Under the pieces are notes generated by a model. That model saw nothing but the letters and a program-made list of their open reading frames with translations. It was not told the origin of the DNA and did no database searches. A DNA stretch of 64,000 nucleotides from Lytechinus pictus (taxonomy: Eukaryota), in contig NC_087259.1 of assembly GCF_037042905.1 (NCBI RefSeq), forward strand, positions 22,196,001-22,260,000. The letters run 5' to 3'. The position numbers and the translations under genes were made by a program. Of the stretch, positions 36,601 to 48,600 are shown in pieces; the stretch's first letter is position 1; the number at the start of each line of letters is the position of its first letter.

Positions 36601-39600
36601 ATGTCATATTTTTAAAATGAATTCATGTTATAATACATGTACATATAATGTATAGATGTTGACAACCAATAGTAAAACAAGTATCTAAAGCAATTTTAGA
36701 AACACAACGTACATGTAAAGAGTGAAATGGAATATTTTTCCCCTTGTTTATCACTACATGTACATGTAAGTTGTCAAGACTTAATGAGAATCTGTGCATG
36801 ATAACTTCTTACAGAACATATTGAGCAGTTTTTAAGTATCCTTATAATCAAGAAAAAAGATATCCATTAGGAAACGTTCAATTGCATGGAGTAAATTGCC
36901 GAGGAAGAACTGTCATTATCGGCACTATGCCTGACGTCATATTGCAGTCTCGAACAAAACTCATGGCATATACCAATGTATTTTTTTGCAGAATGGAGAA
37001 ATATTCTTTGTTGTGAAACATACTTATGTAATCATTAATAAAGACGAAAGTGATGATCATTTATCATGCTTTTTATTAAACTGTTTTATATAGACAAGAT
37101 ATAAAAAAAGAAGAAAAGAAGTGTGGCAAAATATTTGATCACAAAACATAAAATGACCGCAATTCTGTAGTGAAGCTATACCAAAATCATTCACAGTGTG
37201 AAAAGGTGATTTGAAACTGATTGTTTACAATGTATTTTCCTTTATAAAATAACAGGCCTGAAATTGACAGGAAGCTACAGGAAATAATGAAACAGACTGG
37301 GCTTCTGACAACAGAAGGCAAGGTAAGAATAATATTTTCAAAAGTTTATGACATACCAGTCCTTCAAATGTATAATTTTATGGAGCTCAATAAATCGCTC
37401 TCCTTATTTTTTTTTTAGGAGCCCAATAGGGCTCCTCAGAATTGCTCTCCTAGAGGAGCTCAAATTAATACAATACATGTATGCTAAATTGTAAATTTTT
37501 CTTGTAAATGCAATAGCTGTGTAGCTATTAATCTGTGGTGAAAGTAGGCCTGGTGGGTGTTTCATAAAGCTGTTCGTAAGTTAAGAGCGACTTTAAGAAC
37601 GACTGGTGATTCTTTCTTACGCGCAAAACCCTCGCCAATGAACGTGTTTGTGTATATTATTTACCCCAAGAAAGGATCACCAGTCGTTCTTAAAGTCGCT
37701 CTTAACTTACGAACAGCTTTATGAAACGGCCCTCCCCCCGGGTTATTACATTTACAAAATATTGCGCTCCTACAAAAAAAAACTTTACAAAAAATTGCTA
37801 AAATTTTACATCTTTGAAACCATGAAATGGCCATCTATTTTAGTTGAAAACTATCAGGAAAATGAAGAATATTCAACTCTTTCTTGACTCTGATTGGTGA
37901 TGTTACAATTGGTAAATATTGTAGTCCCACATGTAGACTTCCATGGTGTTGCAACATTAACTGAAAACAATCGTTGAGCATTTGATCGTTTTGATCTTTA
38001 TTGATCGTTTTACTCTTGATCAACACCATGAAAATCAACATATGGGACTACAATATTTGCTGAGTTTAACATCATAAATCAGAGTCAAGAAAGAGGTTAA
38101 TATTCTTCATTTTTCGGTAGTTTCTAACTAAATCAATTATGGAAAATAGATGCCCATTTCATGATTATAAAGATGTAAAATGTGAAATTTCAACAACTTT
38201 TGGTGAAGTAAAAAAAAAATAATAAGGAGCGCAATATTTTGTTCTCATTTTTTAAAGGCGCGAGGGGGGTTCATGAAACTGTAAAGTTGTGTATAAATTG
38301 GTGAACAACTGGAATGTATGAAGTGCCATGTTGTGGGCCGATAGTTTTCACTGAAATAAAAAAATGAAATGGTAACGAATGAAGTTTTGCTCTGAAATAT
38401 CTAGATTCACAGTAGGAATGCAATTCGACATCTGTATTTTTCGATTTAAGCCATGAAATGCAAATAAACATGAAGAACGATGAACTCCATTCCTATTTCA
38501 GTTGTTTGTCATGCAAAAATATCCAGAGCAGCAATCTACTTTGTTAAATTTGAGAAAAAAGGCTGAAAATAAGCTCTTATAAAAGTTTTTTATGTTCATG
38601 AGGTGTGAATAATTGATATATTCCCCTTCCACTCCATTACACAAATTGATAATGATAATGATAATTATACTACAAAAGATGATGATATTACAGTGTCAAG
38701 AGTATAAAATTATTCCCTCAAAAAGAAAGAATCCTCTAGTTGTGAATGTGATCTTAAGTAATGACTTTCAGGAGTATATCTGTACATGTACATGTATATC
38801 AGTGTAAGTTTTAAGAAGTCATTATGAAGTAAACATGAATGATATGCTGAAAATTGTAAACATAAACATTAAGGTTTTAGGACGCCCTGCCAGTCCTAGA
38901 AATATCTCCCAATTTTCGGTGGAAGTGCAGGTCAGGGATGTACACGCGAGACCCTGCAAGTCCCTCTTCAGGAAATTGAGCATTAATTTCAATTACCTGA
39001 ATTGCCAACACAGAGAAGCACAACACTTCCTGTCCCCAAGGGGGCCTGGTTTGGTTGCCATGGCGATGTCAGTTATCGGACATGTCAAAACTCTCCTCCA
39101 GTAAGCTGCTAAGTTTAGCTAGGTGCCTGAGAGTGGCTCTTGCCGTAATGCAGCCGGAGACCGGCCTGAAAGTCGGGCGCTTTGCTCTAGTATGGTCTTC
39201 GGGAATCATGCTTTTCATGTATCTTCACACTTTCGTGCTTCAATTGCAAAGGATATGTTCAATAAAACTATGGCACAAGGGATACAGCTGTAGAGCTTGT
39301 TAGACGAGCACTCTTCCTGTCATTCTCCTTGGATGTTAATGTCAAGAATGTGCTCAAAGAGTCTAAGTGCATGATTACCTTTGAAATGGAAATGTGTATT
39401 GCATGTACACTGTACACCTGTATTGTGTTGTAGCTAATCAAAGGCTTTTTCGTAAAGTTTACAAAATTGTCACATGAGTATCCACAGTTTACAATGTAGG
39501 TGTGGATTAATGACTAGCATGGACGCTAACAATGTTTGAAAGGATGTGTATCATATACAGGCATTTTTATTGGTATCCTAATTTACATGATTGTATCCTG

Positions 39601-42600
39601 ATTTGTTAGATAAAGAAATATGAGTTTTGTTCCTTGACAACTACATGTATGCATCCCTTTACTGTTCCATAACATTTGCTCTGGCAACTATTGCTCCGCT
39701 CTAACTTCCACACACTAATTGAATGATAAACTCTAACCCTACCTAACATAAAACCCTATTGCAACTCTAAACCCTAACCCTAGATCTTAGACGAAATTAA
39801 GCCCGGAGCAATTGTCGCAGGAGAAAATTTTGTGTCACCCCCTTTACAGTACATGTTCAACAAAATGTAGAAGGGGATTTAAGGTGAGGGGAGAGCATAG
39901 ACAGAAATGATGATGCACAGTCTGAAGCATACTTAGACTTATTCCCGCTTGCATTTACATGTAGCTCCCGACCTTTGACAGAAGGTCTTGATACAGTTTG
40001 GGTGCCGGGTGACCACCTGAACATTAGCAAGCATACCCAAGAGCAGCCAGAAATACACCTGAAATCCACAGCCTGAGCTTACAACTTCTTCAGTTTTTGC
40101 TCAATACTCATCAGACTTGACCCTTACATGTATTGGTCTTGGACTTACGACATGAAAGACAGTATTTTTCTGGCATTATATTGCCATGGTAATGGCCCAT
40201 TTGCTCAGTATCCTCATCAGGCGGTTGTGTAAAGGCCACTGCACACCTTACGACCCGACTGGTCGGCGACTGGCTTGCGACTGAGTGAGGGAAGATATGA
40301 CGTCACAGCTCTTGTCAGCTTGAACGTCGCAGAACGGTCAGAGACAAGTCGCAAGGAAAATCGGAAGGATTTGACATGTCGAATCCTCATGACTGGATCG
40401 CAAGCTCAATCCAACTTCCAGCCAATCAGAAAGTAGAGTTGCACGACGCATATATGATAAACAACGCGCATATGCAGTAGTAAGCGCACTTTCTCAGATG
40501 ATATGGCAAAAAAGCGCATGCGTGAGTCGCAGATCGGATCGCAAGTTGTGCAGTGTCGAGGCTTATGACATCCTTGCGATTTATTTCCCCTCACTCAGTC
40601 GCAAGCCAGTCGCAGACCAGTCGGGTTGTAAGGTGTGCGGTGGCCTTAAGATTGGGGGTAATAATGATCTTCAGTGATATTTGTAGTTTTATTTTTAGTT
40701 TTCACTGAAAGAAGAAAGTAGACAATACATGAAATCTAATCAGCAGAATTCAATTATTAGAACCCTGAGCCGGTTACATGCAGATCAACAGGTTTAACAC
40801 CTGTTTATACATGTACTATACATTTGATTTCATGTTGGGCTATTGAAACTTTCTCAAAATACCTTGCACTATCAAATGTGATCAAGGATGCACAATGGGA
40901 AACTGCTTAGGTGTTGAAAGTTTTGAAGGTACGTCTTGCGTCATGTCTTCCTGAAGCGACTCCTTCAAAGTTCTCGGGAATCCCCTATTAATCCATTATT
41001 TGTTTTCAGAGGGGAAACCTTTAATCTGCTACACGTGTCAATTTTTTTTCATCATGCCTGTGGCAGCCTCGTGACACAAAAACACAACTACATGTAGGCA
41101 ATGTCATTGCACTTGCCTGTAATGCCAACTTGCATATGAAACTTTCAGAATCTTTAGCCTAGTATACATTTTTGAAAAAAAGGAGTGATAGAAGTGAGTT
41201 AAATCTGCATCCTACTGTTCTTATAATGAAGAAAATATACAGCATCTTGAAAAATGTATCATTTTCATTTTAATGATAGATGTAGAAAAGGGATTTGTAT
41301 GTTTGAATATTTTGTGACATGATATTAAAGTACCGTACACACTAGATTTGAATTTTTATTTTTTTACAAACAATATGAAAATACACTTTCATACATCTAC
41401 ATGTACTGCATGCACAACTGTACATTCATGTAGTATATTCATGTTCTTGCCTTTGTGTACAGTAAATTGTGAAATATGTACATGTACTGTACTGTGCATA
41501 CAGTATGTAACATGGATATTTGATAATGAAGTACATGTCGTGTGGTGAATGTACCATACATTACATGTACATTATGTCCGAAGAAGTTTATGGTTCATGA
41601 GTCAGAACCATTTGATATTTGATTTTTCAAAAGTTATTAACTTATATAATGCATGTTTCATTCAGTCAATCAACCTAGGTGCAAAGTTGTTTGTATGGAT
41701 CCATGTACACATGTATCCTGAACTGTGCTGAATGTTCAATTAGTTTATTAATCTAAGTAATGTACATCCCATTAAAAAAATAACAATCGAATTTCAGCAA
41801 CTAAACAGGTTGCTGAATGAGAGAAAAAAAAATGACAGGGGCTTTGGGAGATTTTGCCCCAGAAACGCTCCAAAGAGCCGTGGAAACTAAATAAAAAAAG
41901 GAGCCCTGGAAATCCCCATTAGTTGCAATGCTAAAGCTTATCCAGATTCAGGAAGTATGTGGATTGTATGAAGTGAAAAGTAGCCCCTGAAAGCATAAAG
42001 CATCATAGCATTTGTCCCAGATCTCTATGGAACATCTTACTCTGCAAAGTTCTATATCATCATAATGCATGTAGTATACTTTATATGTTCTAATCCATGA
42101 CAATTGTCCCCTTCTTTTTAGTAGAATAAAAGTTAATTCAATATCTAATTGCAATGACGTCACAGCAATCGTGTGATAGGCAACATGTATGATCTGAAAC
42201 AAATTTGACCTAATATAATGATAAATAAAGGCTTGCAGTTATCAAGAAAAAATTGTATTTTTATTCTTTTTTTTAAATTTAACCTCAAAAATATTCTATG
42301 CATTCATATTTTCAGAAAGTAAGGAAAATGTGATTTGTGATATGTAATTTAGTTCTAATGAGATGGCCTTTTTACACACTTTAGTTTGTCTGCACTGACT
42401 TCTATGTTTGTTTTGAATTTCCTCTAGCGCTATCACATCAATGTCGACAGCCTGGAATCAATAGGGGAACTTGGGTTTGGAAGCTGTGGTCATGTGATTC
42501 GCATGAGACACAAGGAAAGTAATACAATACTAGCGGTAAAGGTAAGTTCCACCTTTTAAAGGATCGACCAATAAAAATATGCATCTACACGTATAAAGTG

Positions 42601-45600
42601 CTATACCCCAATATTAATCTATTCCATTCTTTAGATTGAGCTGCTGTCTTCAACATTCAGGGTATTCAAGGAATAAATCTTGCTACATAGGTGCCCATTC
42701 ATTTCACCTGGGTTGAATGCAGCACAATGTGGCAAATTCCTTGTCTATTGAGAATGTGATTTGGCTGGGATTTGAACCCATGATCCTCTGAAAGATGAGA
42801 GAGAACTACTAGGCCAATATGTGCCCAATAATTGCTTTGTTCACTGTAATCGGAGTAATTAACTAAGTTCTTGATTTGTATTGTAATAACTTCATGTAAT
42901 ATACGTATGTTGTACGGTACGTATGACTACCGGTACTCAGTCCCAATGCAGGAACAGCTCTCATAAAAAATTGTCATTTTGCATTAAAATATTGAAATTC
43001 AGAAAAGTTTCAAATTGACTACTGTACAATATGAAACCGAGAAATTCAACTAAATGCAAGATGCAAGCATTAAAAGCACACTTTATTCTTGAGTGAACAT
43101 CGGACTTCAAACCTTGTTTTTCATATTTTTCCTGAATGTCTTCCTGATATTAATGTCAAACTTACTTTATGAGATATAATCGATAAGATAAATAGGTTAC
43201 ACAAGGCATATCATTTTAGAGCTAAGGTTCTTTTTCACCTTGGTAGGAAACAATGATTTTGATATGCTTATCAAGTTTTTGAGCTGGACAGTTTAGATAA
43301 ATGTAGAAAATGAAATTTATGTTCATTTAAGGCGATTTTTTAGACACAAATTAAAGGTAATAAAAAATGACTGATTATGTTCCTTTTATTTTCTTGCAGC
43401 AAATGAGAAGATCAGGTAACAAAGAAGAGAATAAGAGAATTCTAATGGACTTGGATGTGGTACTCAAAAGTCACAATAGCCCTTTTATCGTGCAATGCTT
43501 AGGGGCTATAGTAACACCTGTAAGTATATCCATACATGTAGCAATAACCCAATGGCTACGGGAACCAGATGGTCCATGTACAAAGTCTTTAAAAATGACA
43601 ACATTGAGTTAATGAGATCAGGAAATATTGATTCTGAAACAACCTCTTTCTCTAAAAAAACCCACATAAGTGGAGTGAGATCAAAGTTTGCCCAAGAGAG
43701 TTTGACCTCTAATTCTCATAGGCATGGCAACAAATTACAATGCAGAAGGAGAATTCATCAAAAGTATGTCACATTATGCATTTTTGAGGTAAGATTTAAG
43801 GGGATCCTCTTCTGTCCCATCTGGTTCAGATCTGTATTGGTAGTTAGCCTAGGTCCGCCTAATGAAAATGCTCATACCAGCCATTGAATGGATTCAATAG
43901 TTACAGCTCAGTACATATATCTTGCACTGTGAGGAGGGTCTTCACATGGATTAAAAGGTTAAAAGTTCGATTTCAGCCAGTTTTTTTGTTGGAAAGGATA
44001 TCCTCTCAATGAAAGACCTTGGCCATAGCCCGATGTGTGTTTCAACCCTTTTGACTTTTGAAAGTGAAATATGTACCTCCTGCAAAACCGATGTTCTGTC
44101 ATGATTTGTTGTATTGTCAGCAAATTGGATCAATGACTTTTGGCTGGACTTTGCCCCTGCAGGATTAAAGATATTATCCATTTTACAATTGATTGTAACT
44201 GTAATTCTTTGTGAAATGACATATGTACTGACATTAAGTTGTTATCAATGTAATGATATCATCAATTTCAGAGTGAAGTTTGGATCTGCATGGAGCAGAT
44301 GGCTACCTGCTTAGACAAACTTATCAAGAAACTCAGAGAACCGGTCCCGGAACAGATCATCGGCAAGATGGTTGTAGCAGTAAGTTTACAGACAGTCTAC
44401 AACTTATTGAGGGATTTAGATAACTTGTTGAGGACTGAATCTTGATGTTTTTAGGACACTCATACTTTAGTAAAATGATGAGAAGTTTGTTATCGTGTTG
44501 ATGACTACCTATGTACTTCCAGTCCATGTTGATTAGGACACTTATATTTCAGGAATAGCCTTTCGGAATACCTTCATTTTCAAAACATTTCATAAAGATT
44601 TGTCCCCCATATTTTTCTTGATATTTGGGTAGGTTTTGGATGGTTAGAAATCTACTCACAAGTATTGATTATGAGAAAACATCTGCTGGTTCCCCATTGT
44701 GAAGAGATTAAACATTGAAAACAGGAACAGGAATAACCTTTCGGAATACCTTCATTTTCAAAACATTTCATAAAGATTTGTCCCCCATATTTTTCATGAT
44801 GTTTGGATAGGTTTTGGATGGTTAGAAATTTACTCGCCTTATTGATTATAAGATAATATCTGCTGGGTCCCCATTGCAGAAAGCTTTTTGAGTGATCACA
44901 ACCCCCATATTCAAATGCAACTTGACGTTCAATCGGTCACAAGGGCATATTGCTTTGAGCTGTAGCTTTTTTTGCAACTGGCAACTAAATGAAAAAAAAA
45001 TAATGAAAGATTGCATTTTTTATAGCCCTTTCACATGGTTTTCTTTATTGAATGAAAATAAATAGATATAATTGCAAAAAATTAATTTGATTTGGCAATG
45101 ATGAATAATAGTACAACCTATATTTTGTGATAGTGACTATCAAAATGTCTAATCAACCAAATAGCAATTATAGGCTTTTAAAGTTGTTTCTTATATTCTT
45201 GACTTTGAAGTAGCATTAGATTATTGTGAGATCGACAGGCTCCCGAGACATCATGAAATCTGTGTAGATTGATAAGATCCTTAGAGGGTGGCCATTGTTA
45301 TAGAAGACTTGACTCTATTCAGATTTCACCTATCATTTTTCGAAAACTTTATTTTGTACATTACAGATTGTGAATGCACTGAACTACCTGAAAGAAAAAC
45401 ATGGTGTAATGCACAGAGGTGAGTAATGATGACATTATTTATATTCATCAATTTGCTTATTTCACAGTGTTATATTACTCCGGCTGAACCTGGGGGCCAT
45501 TTCATAAAGCTGTTCATAAGTTAAGAGCGACTTTAAGAACGACCGGTGATCCTTTTTTACGCGCAAAACCATCGTTAATGAATATACCATTCGCCATAAG

Positions 45601-48600
45601 AAAGGATCACCAGTCGTTCTTAAAGTCACTCTTAACTTACAAACAGCTTTATGAAACACCCACCTGAGCTGTCTTGTAGTTGCTAAAACATTCAAGGAAT
45701 AAATCTAATATACCTAATTTCTTGCTGAAGGAAGCTGGTTTCAAAACTTTGCTGCTCCTATTGAAAGGCAAGAGTCAGAGACCACTATATCATGATGCTA
45801 ACAGGGAAACTGAAGTGTAGTTTGGTGGTTTGTGTTTCATTTTCCAAGTGTCACAAGGTTACAAAAGATGGAACGATTTAGTCCATGAAATGGATAAAAC
45901 AGCCTCTGGAAATTTAAACAGGCCTCATCATTCTCATATGATTTTGTTTATCATAATATGCTGCGGAATAAAAGAAGATGCTGAAAAATTAAATATCTCC
46001 TGGAAATTTTCAAATTAATTTGCCTCAAATCGGTTGGATAGAAGTATAGAAACTTAGAAATTGATAATGAAAATAATATGCAATATTTGAATTCTGTCTA
46101 ATACGTATCTGGCATTTCATACAATGTTTCTAAGCACTGCATACTATCACAATGGTTTAATCACAGCTACCCTGATCTAGTGCCTGAACATTCAGTCAAT
46201 CTTCCTACCAGTTAGCCAATGACCTTATGGTTCTTAGTCTGGAATCTGTAAGCAAAGAAACCCCTTTACATGTTGCTAAAGTTGGTTTTGTTACCTTTTT
46301 CTGGCCACTCTGCCTCCTTCACTACTCCGGATTCTTGCAAAGGGATTTAGCATCCCATCAATGACACTTGTCTTCATGATCCTTCCATTCATATCTAATC
46401 TTTCTTTGCTATTTGTTTTTCCATTTATCAATGCAGACGTCAAACCATCAAACATGCTCCTTGATGAAAAGGGTGTGGTCAAACTATGTGACTTTGGTAT
46501 CAGTGGCAGACTAGTTGACAGTAAGGCCAGGACGAGGAGTGCCGGATGTGCAGCATACATGGCAGTGAGTAATATCAATCAACCTTGAAAAGCGCCCTCA
46601 AGGTGCCATTTTTTAAAACTTATTATCCGTCACACACCATCACATCGGGTACAGAATTGAAGGACTTCTGTAGATTCCCTGTCTTCACTTCGAGTATTGA
46701 TTATCATCAAGACACTTTGAATTTATGAAGCTTTACTTGCTGCTGATAATACACTCCTGTCAGATTTTTATGGTCACATATCTATAGCTCTCCAGTTTTT
46801 CCAAAGTGTTCAAGGACATTGGAGAATAGGCTCATGCATATACTTTCCCAGCTCTCTTGAATTATATGCCTGTAATAGGAAACTTCACTTCTGTTTATTC
46901 AAATTGAATTGAATTGAATTTATTTATTGTCCAATGAATGGAAATTCAGTTCTCACTGATTATTAACTAAAATATAAATACTAATACAAGGTATACCGAA
47001 CAATAGTTTGATGATAATCAATACATGTGCATCCAATCATAACAGCAAAATGGTTTTGTAACTAAGTAAACAATGATAATTGAATTCGTATTTGACATTT
47101 ATAGATTAAATTGAATTAAAACTAATAAAATAAATCATTAAACAACTACTGAAGTGATGAACCCAGTTATTGCTAGCCCCCCCATGTTGCGGACACATTA
47201 CTCAGAGCTACTACTTATTCAAGTTGGCCTTCAAGGCAGTTTTGCCCATGTCTTACCCTACTGTTAAATGTGTGAAAGAGCCCTTCTCAAAAAGAGTATC
47301 TAAAGCAGCCTCGCTAATGGGAGGGGGGCACAAACAAATTCCTGGGGCCCGTTGCAGAAAGAGTTGCGTTTAAACGCAAGTCAAAAAATCAATCGCAAGT
47401 CCAAAATGCGCGCTGTTGATTGGTTGAAAATGAAGTTGCGCTTGATTTTTAGAGATGCGTTTGATTGCAACTCTTTCTGCAACGGGCCCCTGATCTATTA
47501 TATTTGTAATTAGTGAACAAGTGATGTGTATGGTTTTTCATAAAACAACTGACCTCTAGCAGAGCTCAATTTATGTTTATGATATAAATATCTTCTATAC
47601 TTGGCAACTCTGACCTGATGATACAGCAGTTTTCCTGAGTCTTTCTAGTTTCTTCTTGCTAGCAGATGTCAGATTGGTAGAAGAATAAATTGTATGTTCA
47701 GATTTACTTAACAATTGACTTGTAACACAGAAAACAAGGAGAGTGCCGTAGATTCCTTCCGTATTTGCTATTAAAATGTCAGAATATGTACTTGTTTAAT
47801 GTTTCTCATTCATAATTTTTATTTTTAATAAGTTGTGTTTCCTAATATATTTCTTAATGTTTTATATATTTTCCCAATTTTTTTATTCTCTTTTTTTAAA
47901 TTGCACCTTCGCACTCTATAGGATAGCCATAGCACATTATAATTCATTTGTATCATTATTTAGTATACAAAATTATAGATACATTTTGTAAAATTGTACT
48001 TTTCCAAGAGAAAACAATAAATGCTTCTTTAAATGATAAATGACGATATGGAATTGTAAGTTCATTTATAATTTGTACCTTTATTGCCAAATTTGTTTTT
48101 CTTATTCCTTCAGCCGGAGAGGATAGACCCACCCGATCCAAACAATCCAGATTATGATGTCAGAGCCGATGTTTGGAGTTTAGGAATTTCACTGGTAAGA
48201 ATCACATTGCAATCGTTTGAATTAAATTTAGAGGAAGTATACAAGTTTTCGATGTGCAATTAAAAGAAAAAAAAACAATTAAAAATATGGTAAGAGTAAG
48301 AAGACATGTATAATTGAGATACCAATTTGTTGGCATAAGCTAATAATGATAATGACTTGGACTTTGTATCGTGCAAAATCCACTCTGTAGAGTGTTCAAG
48401 GTGCTTATCAAGAAATTTTTAATGAAAATTATGAAAAATCGAACAGAAATGTTTTTAGGTGTTGTTTGAAAGTTTCATAAGTTAAGCATTTTATAATGTC
48501 TTCAGGAAGGCTGTTCCATAACTTATAGGATGAGTGGACACATTATCCTTCATCCCAGATTTTGGAAACTTTGGGGATAATGAGAACTGGAAGTGGAGGA

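Noticed and set aside
39060-39106. Coding alternative first exon from the strong-Kozak GCCATGG
   Set aside because: The donor falls in phase 2 (phase 1 for the next ATG) while exon 4 needs phase 0; GCCATGG is better explained as the X-box core.
39905-40022. Possible C/D-box snoRNA (ATGATGA ... CTGA) in MAP2K7 intron 3
   Set aside because: No terminal stem or recognisable rRNA/snRNA guide; such boxes occur often by chance.
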